Source of the DNA: Octopus sinensis
Lineage: Eukaryota
NCBI RefSeq assembly: GCF_006345805.1
Contig: NC_043009.1
Coordinates: 64,108,001 to 64,172,000, forward strand
Direction of reading: 5' to 3'
Length of the DNA stretch: 64,000 nt
Shown: piece after piece, positions 24,611-55,900 of the stretch
Layout: each line of letters starts with the position of its first letter
Position numbering within the stretch: position 1 is the stretch's first letter
Made by a program: the position numbers and the translations under genes
Notes under the pieces: model-generated
What the model was told of the DNA's origin: nothing
Database searches by the model: none
What the model saw: the letters and a program-made list of their open reading frames with translations, nothing else

Positions 24611-26004
24611 ATTTACCACATCGTCTCATAAACAATGTCCGAAGTTTTGTTTGTTATTTTAAGATATTTGAATGGCAACATCGCTCATTAGCATGAACTT
24701 GTGCATTCGCTAAAAAATGATTTATATCGCATAGATAAGCCAATGCGACGATCTTAAAGATGGCTGTGTCCTCGGATAATTTAAGCTGTATAATTCCTTA
24801 AGGGTCCAAGAAAGATAATAATGTGGCAATATGAAATAATGAAGGTGTTTGTGAGAAGAATTGCTTTAGCTCAAGAATCAGTCGAAGATGTTTTGAAAGG
24901 TTTAGGAAGAGTGATTTCAGCATAAAAGATGCTCCACGAATAGATCGTTCTGTTTAATTTAAAGAAGGTCTGCTTTTGTAGAACTTGATCGAAATAAGAA
25001 ATGAAGAATTAAAGCTGAATTCCAGTCCGTCAAAAGTGCAACGACCTGGAAAAACGACCCCAAAACGACAGAAAAGAACCTTGCATCGCAATTAGACATC
25101 TGCAATTTTCTACGCTCTCATCAATGGAAACCGCCATTTTCGGACAGATTAATGCCCAGTGCTAAAAGGTGGATCTGTCATGGAATGTTAAGCAATTCAG
25201 CCAATGGGTTAAAGAAGGCAAATTGGTTAAACTGCAACCCAAAAGACGCTAACCAAGAAGAGCATTGATCAGTATTTTTTAGGACTATGTTAGTGTGATC
25301 CACTTTGATTTGATACCACTTGATGAGATTATTACAGCAGATATTTATTGTCTGCAGTTAGAACATTTAAACGCTGCTCGGAACGAAATGCGGCTTACTT
25401 TAGTGAATCGCAAAAGAGAGGCGTTCCATCATGATAATGCACAATTCAATACAACAAAGATCAGGGTGGAAAAGACTGAAAAATTCGGCAGAACTCCATC
25501 CACTCTCCCGGCTGCTCTTACTCCAACTGATTACCAGTAATTCAAACGTTTACAGAATGACTCATCTTGGTGGATTAGTTCATAAAGAGGGAATAGGTTA
25601 AACATCATTTCTGCCGGCTTCCCGGTTAAAAACACTGACGATCAACACATGTAGAAAAAGAAAAATGCAGTCGATTCTGTCCGTTAGTTTGCCTGCAGTT
25701 GTTAATCTTGAGCTGTATATGCAACTATTTATTTTATTGGCTCGGAAGCCCAGGTGAAGGGTGAAGCTAGACACAGGGGCCTAGGCCTGATGGAGTTAAA
25801 ACACCTGAAGAAGTAGAAATTAGCTTCTCTAAATTCTTTTTCTACGAAAACAAAAGTATTTTATGCAAATAGTATTAGAAGGCTTAGAAATCGTTGGCAT
25901 GAAGTCATCGGTAATGTTGGTAATTAGGTTAATGAATGAAATTTATAGATCTTTTCCCTTCTTTCATAATATTCGGACATTACTTATAAGGTGATCTGAT
26001 AAAT
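24611..26004 (+). mobile_element. Full-length decayed mariner transposon
   Basis: Degenerate ~33-bp TIRs (24611-24643 / 25972-26004); peptides RFRKSDFSIKDAPR, ITADIYCLQLEHL...FHHDNA...LTPTDY. Confidence 0.85.
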
Positions 26005-26044
26005 TAAGCTGCTCGATAGATATTTTTTTTGTGAGGAACAAAAT

Positions 26045-43853
<17,809 letters not shown>

Positions 43854-44396
43854 GTGACTGTAGTTGTCTGTTTTTGACAACCTCTCTAAGCCAGGCTTGT
43901 GGTTGCTTTGAGTTTATGAAAGCTTATGACATATAAGATTTCATTGCCAAATTCTAAACTTACAATGTCAAATGAATTTCAGATGCGCCAATAAAATGTA
44001 GGTACATCATGAAAGATTGAAAAGGTATGTAAGCTCTAAGCTGAAACGAAAAATATGATAATGAGATTTTCTGAAACGTAAATTTTCGGTTATCCGAATA
44101 CACTCATTAACGCATGCATACATCCGCTTGTTTTTCATATGAGCACAATTTATCCCTAACTTAAGGAGTTGTGGTTGTGTCATTGAAGAGATTGCTTCCC
44201 GACCTTGTAGTGTTTGGTACCGTCCTGCTCGCTGCACGGCATCTTGCGAATGGGTTTCGTAAAGAGAAACTGAAATAAGCTTGTCGTATATACGAAAAAA
44301 ACAAAAGACGAAGATATGTTGTGTACAAAACAAACAGATGTATTAGTATAACGCTCAGGAATGTATGTAAATATATGTATATATGAATATATTTGC

Positions 44397-44468
<72 letters not shown>

Positions 44469-44481
44469 TTACACAAGTTAG

Positions 44482-44530
<49 letters not shown>

Positions 44531-47149
44531 CACAAGTTAGGAATATATCATACAAATTATACGTCTTCACATACAAACATACAAATATCTAGCATTCCCC
44601 GATCCTGGTGTTTAGTTCGACTAGATGTACTGTCAGAAAAAATCTACATACACGCACCTTCAGAATTGAGTCTGATCATATACGTGAAACCATATGTATT
44701 TCATATTTAAAGAGGATATCTATAAACCTTTTATAAGGATATGGTAATGGTAATATTAAAAAAAATTAAACTGAAGATTTAAGTGTGATAGTAAATAATA
44801 TTATTAAATAATATCATTAAATCGCTTTTGTTTAATAAAGAGGTTTTTTTTCATGTGTCTACATGAAAAAAACTTTTTCATCCCTCGTATTAATTAGGTT
44901 CCCTTTCCGATTCATTATTTTATAGTTTACTTCCAGGCATAATCTACAGAATTTATTGTTAATTTTGTAAGAAGGTGCATTATGCTAAAATTTTCCATTC
45001 AATTATGAAGTTAACGTTTTTTTTGAGATGCCAAATTTTTTGGAGAGTCCAGTACTGTTCATTTTGTTTTGGTCACCGAATGTCGATTCGTGGTTCGCTA
45101 TTCATAATTTGATCCAGTTTTGTGTCGATCCAATATAATGATACGTTGTTCCGTTGATTAGATCAATTGAACCGTCGTCATTGTAATCAACGGAGTGCCA
45201 GTATTTTAATAGCTTTCATGATTTTTTTTGTCCTCCCACGCGTTCTCACACATTTGGCTTCTAGTGACCCTCTTTTTTATGATAATTTCTCAATTTCTGT
45301 TGTCAACAGATGTTATATATTAAACTCATTTATTATTATAATTGGTTGTTGTATGCATAGCTAACTAAGGAAATTACCACAAGAAATACTGTGAATGAAC
45401 TCAAAACATTCCAGTTCATCAGAATTAGTGTTGCGTTCTGGAGAAGAAATCACTAACTCGCTAATTAATGTTAATGAGACAAAGGGACAGAAGCTCTGAA
45501 ATATTAATTTCCATCAATTGTCACATTATATCAAGTAATTTTGTGTATCTCTTTATTGTGATACGCTGTTACAAGGTCCAGGAAATAATGAGAAAATTTA
45601 TGCTTCGCTGAAGATGATTACAAATACTGATAAAAAGGCTTGGGTTTTTGCCTCTTTAGCAAAATTTACATTAATCATATATTTGTTATCGAGGTATTGT
45701 TTTCACCTCTGTTAATGTAGCAGAAATTTAATTTTAATTAATTAAAATCGCGGCGTTGTCTTCTCTTTACTCAGATTAGATTATATTAAAAATTAGAAAT
45801 TCAACTCGTTTTCCTCTCGCCATTACAGCTGCAATTCAATTTTTCTTTCAAAAATGACACATTAACAACTATATCTTGAATCCCATACAGCAAAATTACA
45901 TTATGACGCAGTCGCAGAATGGATATGTAATGGAATATATATATATACATCCAATCTTATATAGTCACATCCCGAGTTCAAACCCTCATCTGGATTTATT
46001 TTATTTTCTCGTTGGTGTCGATGAAATACATTCCAGTCTTGTATGATGCTAAACCTTTTGTTTACCGCCACCTTCAATAAACCAGTGGACGCACATGGTG
46101 TCGATTTGAGATAGCGTATTTTCCGTCATACAAGTCGACGTAGAATATAAATTACCTATTTAGCATTCACATAAGTCTGTCAAAAGAAATGCTTATTTAT
46201 TCAGATTGTTTTGAATTAATCATACATTATCTTGAATGCAGGTTATTAATTTATAATTTCTTTCATAATGAACGACCCTAATTTTTTGAAACGTAAATCG
46301 TTGAAGCTACTTCAAACAGAGATCATCAAACAATTATACAGGACACAAATATAGAGAAACCTTTTAGGATGAGAGTTCCAAACAATAGTTCCACAGGATT
46401 TATCTATAATCATACTGTTTTATAACGAATGATCGAAATCTTTTGAAAGGAAGATTATTTATAGAGGGTAATTCAGGCATATTTAACATAACAATTATAC
46501 GGCATGTAGAAGCGTATGAGAAGCTCACCACGCAAATTTGAGAAAATTCAAATTCAAATGATAATAATGAGACGTGTAAATTCATGAAATATCAAGATAG
46601 TATGAAAATAATGGTCTCGGTCTCTCTGCAACTCTTTGTTTATCTCTCCCTCTCTCAGTCTCTGTCTGTCTCTGTCTGTCTGCCTGTCTCTCTCATACAT
46701 ACGCACACACACAACACGAATAATCACTACATGAATAAACGTATCTTGAAAGAGGACATCAACACCAATCGATGAATCACCAGTTCTTAAAATGTCACCG
46801 CGCTGACGGCGAGCTAGTCTCACATTCACAGACAACGAAATGAAGAAACCCAGTCGTTATAAGCAATTTATTACATCGTGATCCACGACCAGAGAATAGA
46901 AGTGGAGAAATTGTAAAGCCATTGTAAGAGAAATATTTTAGTTTAATGTCAAATGCAAATAAACTAGCATCCGTTGGGGTTCCGAGGTTCGCTCGCTTTC
47001 AACTAAGTGACTTTAACCGTGGCGGTTGAACAATTGTACGATGGGTGATAAGTATTAATCATTTCTCTTGAATTCTGCCAACGTTAATATAAGGCTCTGA
47101 ACTTAACCCATACTAACCAATAAGGGCCTGAACCAGTTACGATTTTATT

Positions 47150-47640
47150 TACGGCCTCCTTGCTCATCCTTCGCTCCGAGAATACCTGAACGATTTGCCA
47201 CTAATGAAATTCATAGTAGCTCTGAGCTGAATCATCAACTTTCACATTCATCTCAGAGCCTTTATTACTATTTCTCTTGTTAAAAAGTATTTGTAGAAAC
47301 CTACTGAAGCTTTTAGAATGATTCAAATTCTTCAATGTTCTTCAAATCCAAATTTTAGCCGGACATTTTTGATGATGTAACACAGAAGATGAAGGGTTTT
47401 GTGGACAGAAATGCCCGAGACTGTACAGTTTTCGGCGAACCTGATAACGCTATCTACAACTTGTACCAACTTCTTTTGGTACAATCTGATAAACCCTTTA
47501 CTGTTATCTTTAGCAGTCATGGATCTGAATTTATTATTTTACTTTGCTTTCTTTCTCCCCAGCTCCACTACTTCCGCTACAAGCGTACGACTCGAGAGGA
47601 GGATCCTAGTCAGCCACCAGCTATGATTGGCGTCTATTAA
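47150..47640 (-). mobile_element. Decayed Tx1/L1-like RT fragment
   Basis: KLVQVVDSVIRFAENCTVSGISVHKTLHLLCYII resembles the L1/Tx1 RT 'RL..VV..L....Q.C.VPGR.IH.NLHL.RYI' motif. Confidence 0.5.
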
Positions 47641-48199
47641 AACAGAGGAAAATATGTTTAGAACACAACAGGAGAGTTTGTAAAATAGGTCATTCATACC
47701 CGATGACCCGTCACCCGTATAATCGAATATAGCGTCCGCTTAAATAGGATTTCTGCTACATTTTGCAGCAGATCGTCGAGGCACGCATTGAAGCATAGAA
47801 TCTCGAAGCATCCGGACCGCATGAACAGTTCGATGGTGTTGCTAAAAAAAAAACAAAAAGACACACAGGTTCATTTCAACTCATTGGATAATCGCGTCCC
47901 CATCATACTCCACCAAAAACCCTGTCGTTCTTCAGTTTCCTCGACAAGGATCATCCAGCCGGGCCCCAAAAACAGTTCCAGGATTTATTTCTGCTTCAGT
48001 GTACTCACCTTGGCTCCGACAGGAAAGCTCCGAATTAACCGCCGAAGAAAGGGTAAAGTTTCATCCTCATTGCCAACCAGTGCAGCTGCAAAATCCTTTC
48101 TGACAACATTTTGTAAATAAACAGTTAATAACCTCGCCTGCAAGCTAACGCTTTTTACTACTACTTCCTTACTATGCATTATCTACTTTGAATTTTTAA

Positions 48200-48735
48200 T
48201 TCATTCATTGTTCGACCGTGGTCGAGATAATGGAATTTACTATGTTACGCCAGACTTCACGGTCCATCATGGCATTACGGAGGTCCTGTTGCTGGATGCC
48301 TGTATCCTTGGAGATTACATCAGGGTAGGAGAGTGTGCGCCCTCTGGTATCGCGAGCAGATGGCTTCCAGAAGAGAAGAGTAGAAATTGCCTCGTTTTCA
48401 GCTCTATAACAATGTCCAGCAAACTGGACTCTTCTACCTTTCACAAGAGATGATACAGATGGTAGGTTCCCATATATTTGTACTTTGGTTGGATGACGCT
48501 TCCACGAGAGATTTTGAGCTCTCATAAGGAGGCGAGTGTAAGTTCCATCCAACCGCCTCTCAAGCTTCTTTGATAACGTCCAGGTTTCTGAGCCATATAG
48601 TAGAATTGGTTCGACTGTGGCTTTGAAGATTTTAAGTTTGAAATCTCTACTTAGATTTGATGACCAGATCTTATGCATATCATTACAGGCTATTAATTTT
48701 TCTTTAGTCATATATGGGGCATCATGGCCTACTCT
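48200..48735 (-). mobile_element. RTE-clade LINE 3' fragment
   Basis: KIWSSNLSRDFKLKIFKATVEPILLYGSETWTLSK...LDGTYTRLL; (ATGA)n tail. Confidence 0.88.
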
Positions 48736-49706
48736 AGCAAAGAGTTATTACTGTTGGAGACATATCCGGGTGTAGGAGGTTGGTCCGGGATTTTTTGAAG
48801 AAATTTGTCCAGTGAACTTTTGAATTTCATGGGATCCGTTTCCGTTTTGACGTATTTTGGCATTAAAGAGAGCTGGACCGGTTGAGGTAAAGTAGTTGTG
48901 GCGTAATGTTGTTATGCGTCCTGAGTTCTATTTTTGCAGTTAGTGGATAGCACAGGGGCCAAGTCTTGGGTGGATTTTAAAATTGATGGAATATTGATAG
49001 AATATTGATTTTAAAATGGATGTGCAATATTGATGGGATATTTTCCCCATCACACAAATGATGTAGCGCTCCCGGCGGCGTTGGAGAGAGTAGAGATTGT
49101 TGTTTTTAGTCGACCCCAATAGTCAATGCCTCTCATATCATCTGTCTCTCTCGGTATTGACCTCTGGAGTGGTTCCACTTTCGTAATGAGTTGCTTCGTG
49201 TGGGGAGACATGTTAGAGAAACGAATATTTTGAATTGTATTTATATTTATATAAAATGCAGTCTTAAATATTCAAAACGTGACATCTGTTTTATAAACAA
49301 TTATCTACAGTTTTTATCCACAACATCTGAATTACGGGACGAAATATATGCAATGAGTTTTGTCAACTCAAAATTAGAGAACAAAAGAAAGTTTGTTACT
49401 CATTATGCATACATGAATAAACACATACATACATATCAATATGCTTATACAGGCACAAGTTTACACGTTGCATATACAAATACACACACACACACACACA
49501 ATTATATATATATAACAAAAAGGAGGATGTGTTGCATTTCTTGACTCTTCAAACAGGCAAATCTGTGAAGTTCCGCCAGCCAGAGTATGTAAGTAAATAT
49601 TACAAATCCACTCTTCATAAATACATACATATATACATACATACACACACACATACACACATACATATATATATGTATATATACATATATATATATGTAT
49701 ATATAC

Positions 49707-49772
<66 letters not shown>

Positions 49773-51139
49773 AGATGTATATATGCACGCACACACACAC
49801 ACACATCTTGTATACATAAAATTGATGTTTTCTTTTTGTGTGTACAAAATTTCAATGTACAATAACTTCTACATCTTTCATCCGATTTCTTTAAAATTTT
49901 ATACACAACTGGTTCACATCCAGGACCCGAACATAGGTTACTTAGATTTTTTTAACATCGATATTGGGGCCTCTAGAGCTTACCCAACTAGGTAGATATT
50001 TACAAGTACACCCTAACGTTTTTCACTCGAAAAAAAAAATCCATGATTTTTCGATTGGAATCAACTTCCCCGACCTCCTACTTTCTTGCAAATCCCTTAT
50101 TTTTGTAGTTCGGAAAAAAAAATCGGGTGGGGGCGCTTCCCCCCGCCCCGAATTCTTGGAAACTGTTTTTTTTTTTTTTTTTAGAATAGATTACGGTGAG
50201 CTCCTAATATGCCACAACCCCCCTTTTTTTGTTCGGAAAACGGGGTGGGGTGCATTCCTTGGAAATTTCACACCATCCTACAAATTTCCTTTTAGAAATA
50301 ACAGCCAAATCTCCCTAGCCTCACTGCACCGCCTTTGTTGAGCAAAACGTAACCGTACGGTATTCTTTCGTTATTTGTGTGTGTGTATATGTGCATATAT
50401 ATGTGTGTATGTGTGTGTGTATATATGTGTGTCTATATGTGTATATATGTATGTGTATATGTGTGTGTGTATATGTGCGTGTATATGTGTGTATATATGT
50501 CTATATGTGTGTGTGTATATGTGTGCATATATGTGTGTGTATATGTGTGCATATACACACACATATGCATACACACACATATATGCACATGCATGTATAT
50601 ACATGCGCATATATACACACACATATATAGATACACACATATATATATGTACACACACACACGCATATATATATATACTCATCGACACACACATATACAC
50701 ACATATACATATACACACATATTCATATACGCACACATATACACACATGTACACACACATGTACACACACATGTACACACAAAAGATAACGTACAGGTAC
50801 GTTTTGCTCAACAAAGGCGGTGCAGTGAGGGTAGGGAGATTTGGCTGTTATTTCTAAAAGGACGAGTGCTACTGGAAAGTCCCTTTGTCAACAAGTACTG
50901 ACCTTCGTGTAAAGATTTGCCAAAATATTTTCCTTGTGGAATTGAAGGTGAGAGGGGGATTTCCTAGTGAAATTTTTTTGGGGGAGTGAAATTTCCGAGG
51001 GTTCCACCTCCAGGTTTTCCGGACAAAAAAAAAGAAGGGTTTTGTGGCATATTTGGAGCTCATCGAAATTGTTAGCTGGTAGAAACGTTAGCACACCGGG
51101 CGAAATGCTTAGCAGTATTTCATCTGCAGTTGCGTTCTT

Positions 51140-51615
51140 CTTGTATCACCGATAGTGCTTCACCAGTTGGGACTTTGGTGAACAGACTTATCACACCTTG
51201 ACTGACCATCTGGTTAGATTCAATGGGGGTATCCTTGATCAATTCTGTGAAGTGGGTGGAATTCTTCACGTACGATGTTGACTTTCCTGCTAATGGACTG
51301 ATTATATCCAACAAGGAAGCAGCTCAGTGGATGACATGCTGAACCACTACAACTCACTATTGGTCTTTAATGGAATAGCATCCTTGTGAATCTGAGGGAG
51401 ACTGTACATGTGTGGTAGCTTACTGTAGTGTTGAGTCAGTTGTCTGTACTTCATTGGTGTAAAGTGACCCTTGTTCTTGATCAAGATCTGTGACAACTTC
51501 CTCTCTGTTTTTAAAGTAGGACCTTTCTTTACTTTGCTGTAGCTACCATCACTTATAAGACTTGCCAGTTTTTCCGAGTAGTTAGACTTGTTCGTCACCA
51601 CTGTAGCATTTCCCA
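51140..51615 (-). mobile_element. Penelope-like RT N-terminal fragment
   Basis: GNATVV...Y.EK...SDGSY...PT...LPHMYSLPQIHKDAIPL and VKNSTHF...MVS..VISLFTKVP..EAL. Confidence 0.85.
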
Positions 51616-52944
51616 AGATGAGGACAAATATCCGTCAAATGTAAATAATGTAAATAATTCCTCATCTCTTAAATATAGAACTGCCTCAGTTTTTTTGTTT
51701 TATTTTTTTACGCGGGAGTGGTGGTGATTGAATAGAGATGTTTCGGAATTGCATTGTTATTATTATTATTGTTATTATTTTTATATTGTATGAGCGGAAA
51801 TGATGAGCGGAACACTGCGTACGCGACGAATTTTTTAATTGTGTTTTTGCTATCAAAGTGTTCACATCCGGTTGGTGGTGGACATTAGGTAGAGTGAATC
51901 AGAAGACTTGGGGAAGAATGGGACAGCAGGCCTTTCTTATTGTCTTCGAAAGTCTTGTCTCTCATAGTACAATAAATTTAAATATTGAATAAACAAGCCA
52001 TAGGGCTTCAGTTCTCACGGACCGGTCAAAATCCCTTCGCGGACAGGATCCGACCCGCGTGCCGTAGATTGTTGACCCCCGATTTAGTGCTTTTCGAATA
52101 TCATAAAGTCATGGCTTCGATTTAATTTCTACTATTAACATTTTTTCTTTAATAATTCTTGCTTTCATTTTCAAGTAACGTTTTCATGTTTTCTCACAAT
52201 TTTTTAAAAATAAAAATGTTCATAAACTGACTATATTTCGAGAGAGGTGGCCATATCAGTAGTACAAGAGGTACAAGAAGTTTCTAAATAGAAGCTTTTA
52301 CAGAAAATTTTAAGAACGTATTACTTTAAGATGATGCTCATGGTCTTTGAAAAGAAACCACAATCTTAATGTGGAGGCACATGGCCTAGTGGTTAGAGCA
52401 GCGGACTCGCGGTCGAGGGATCGCGGGTTCGAATCTCAGACCGGGCGTTGTGTGTGTTTATGAGCGAAATACCTAAGTTCCACGCGGCTCCGGCAGAAAG
52501 TAATGGCGAACTTCCGCTGACTCTTTCGCTACAACTCTCTCTCACTCTTTCCTCCTGCATCTTGCAGTTCATCTGCGACGGACCAGCGTCCCGTCCAGGT
52601 GGGGAACCTATACGCCAAGGAAACCGGGAAACCGGCCCTTATGAGTCAGGCATGGCTCGAGAAGGAACAAACAAAAACACTATCTTAATACTTCTTATTC
52701 TTACTTGAAACGTAAAGCTCTACAAATGTAACCTAAAATGACTAATATTAATGAAATATATAATCTTATTTTGAAAATAACAAAGGTAACTTAAAGGATT
52801 TAACTCATTTAGTTCATATTTATCTTTGAAATATTCTAGATGAACAGAAGTGACAATTTTGAAGAGAGGCTTAAAAATAACAGTTTCAACCAGGTTGAGA
52901 TTGAGAAATATGAACTAAGATATAATTGAGGAATATCAACTAAC

Positions 52945-52996
52945 ATGGCTGAAATCGAAGAATATCAACTGAAATCGGACAAAGAAATAAATTCAA
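52945..52996 (+). CDS. SLC22 paralogue C putative first coding exon (52 nt)
   Basis: aacATGG...TCAA|gtaaat; phase 1 as required by exon 2; aacATGG context as in A. Confidence 0.6.
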
Positions 52997-55900
52997 GTAA
53001 ATAATTTGCCTTTCATCCTTTCGGGGTCGATAAATAAAGTACCAGTTACGCACTGGCGTCGATATAATCGACTTAATCCGTTTGTCTGTCCTTGTTTGTC
53101 CCTTCTGTGTTTATCTACCCATATGGTTCTTGGTCTCAAGCATTTGTCTTATGAAGAAAGGCTGAAGACGCTCGACCTTTATTCTCTAGAAAAACGACGA
53201 CGCCGTGGTGATCTCATTCTTGCTCACAATATCATAAGCGGAAAGAGCTGTTCTTCACTCCTGTTCCAGAGCGTCGGCTGCGGGGTCACTCCGAAAAGCT
53301 CTATCTGCGACGATTTCATCACAATCGAAGGAGAGGGGCTTTCTTCGTCCGGGTTGCGGATCCGTGGAATAAGCTGCCGGACGAGATAGTGAAGATGCCG
53401 GCGACCGCTCGGTTCAAAGTTTCTCTTGACCAGAAATGGCCTGAACTCTTTGCATGAACACCACCCTGTACATAACTCTATGTCCCCCTACATGGCCTTG
53501 CTTTTTGCTTTTTGAGCCAAAAAAATTAACTTAATTTAACTTAACTTAACTTAGCCCCTTGTGGGTAGTAAAGAAATAGGTATTTCGTCTGCCGCTGCGT
53601 TCTGAGTTCAAATTCCGCAGAGGTCGACTTTGCCTTTCATCCTTTCGGTGTCGAAAAATTAAGTACCAGTGAAACACTGGGGTCGATGTAATCGACGAGT
53701 CCCCTCCCCACAAATTCAGGCCTGGCGCCTATAGCAGAAAGGACTATTAATATGTAGGGAGAAACATTTGCTTTTGTGTCACTAACATATATCTTTATAT
53801 ATAAAAGTGAGGTTGTGTGCTGTCTGTCTCCTACGATTTAGATTCCTAACTACTCCCACATTTTGCGGTGCACTTTAACCAAAACCGGGTATCTTATAGT
53901 CGTGATTCATATCGAGCCCTTCTGGGTATTAGCGCGCGGCTACGATGAGTCTACGATTAAAAAAAAAATTACCATCAATTTTTCCCATTTTTAATGCATT
54001 TTTGGCATATATAAGGGAAGTAACTCTCTAAAAATTTATTATTAAATCTCAGAACGTAAAAAGCTACAGTAACCCCCCCCCACTTTGTGGTTAGCCATAT
54101 TGAGATGGCTATTATACTTTACATCTCTAAAAATGCTTATATAGTTATTTCCCTTACAAACCCGAGCAACGCCGGGCGATACTGCTAGTGTTATATATTA
54201 TAAAACATCCACGTTTCTTATTTCAGGTGCGAATATTAAACAGCTTTTAGAGAAATGTACTTATGGACCTTATCAACGCAGGGTATACATCTGTGTATTC
54301 ATCACACAGATTTTATCAGTTGTTTTGGGAATGAATTTGACATTTATCACTTCAAACGTCCCTTTCTTGTGCTACCCTCCAAATTACAATATTTCAGCAA
54401 TTCCTGCAAATTTTACGGAGAATGAATATCTACAAATGTTTCATCCCGAAGACGATCACTGTTCTGTGTATAACAACACCTTCACTGAAATATATTATAA
54501 AGTGTCCTCTAACAATTTATCTAAAGTACAATGTTCTTATGGACGGAAATTTCTGACAGAGAAGTTTTCCTCAATTATAAGTGAGGTGAGTTAATGAATC
54601 TTATAATTGTTCTAAAACAAGACTTCATGCCTTGTTATTTCCTTATTGCTAATGATCACTGTACGCTAAAGGTAAGTTACCACAAAACGATTTTGGTTTT
54701 AATGTCTGTTTTTCACATTATAGATATGCTATGGAGAAAAAAGTATGATTATTACACAGCGATTATATTTCTTAAACACCCTATAGCAAATATATAAATT
54801 AATGCTATACACACCACACACACACACACCACACACACACACACACACACACCACACACACACACACCACACCACACACACACACACACACAACACACAC
54901 ACACACACACACCACACACACACACACACACACTGAATTTGGTATTACTACAACTTGTAGTAATAGAGTCTGTAAATGCAATCGCCGGTCGTTCTATAAC
55001 TTTTTTCCATATCATTTTTCACTTCTCTAAATCTGCAACTTTTTCAATATTCATTTTTTTCAGGTGTTTTACATGTTTAAATGATTTTAATCCGTTATAC
55101 AACACTTTATGGTACGCACGCGATATGAGGATCGGTAATATTACTGGTGTTTATTTGTACGTTTGTTCATATTGCTTCTTTTCAACTTATGAACACGTGT
55201 GTGCGAGTTGTAATGATTGGCTTTAGTTGGTTTCCATCTTATTGTATCACGAGCAGTATCGCCCGGCGTTGCTCAGGTTTGTAAGGGAAATAACTATAAA
55301 GCATTTTTAGAGAGTTATAGCCAAAAAATAGCCAAAAAATGGAAAAAAATGATGGTAAATTTTTTTTTGAGATTTAAAAAAGGTGGAGTTGCGTCCCCTA
55401 GACAGTTTGTGGTTCGTGTTTCTGATTCTCGACCCCATTCGAATTTATCGATTTTTTTCAGAACTGGGGGAACTTTTCAAAATTTTCGCTGCGTTAGTTT
55501 TGAATTATGACATTGGGCTATGTGTGTGTCAAGTTTCATCAGAATCGGTTGAAAGCCGTGGTCAGGGTGAGGGTACAAGCAAACAGACACACAGAAACAC
55601 GCACAGACAAACTGCCGTTTATATAGAGAGAGATTACGCTTCTACTACTGTGGGAATGGGTTGTGGTTAGTTGGTGTATATGTGACGTTCGCTTCTATTC
55701 GTATAACTTCTGCAATCTTAATGTTATGGCTTTTGGTTATGGCACATTTTTCTATCGAGCGATTGTTTCTCTGTACAGTATGATGGTAAAATGTGGATGT
55801 TTTCCTTGTCTCACTTTACTCTTACCAGTATCCGCCATTCTTTCCCTTAAGCTGCGAGCCGAATCTCCTCTAGATTATGATGATGGCCCTACAATGAGCG

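Noticed and set aside
45370-45500. Alternative first exon for gene B
   Set aside because: There is no in-frame ATG for its phase-1 donor, and 43853-43793 matches paralogue A far better.
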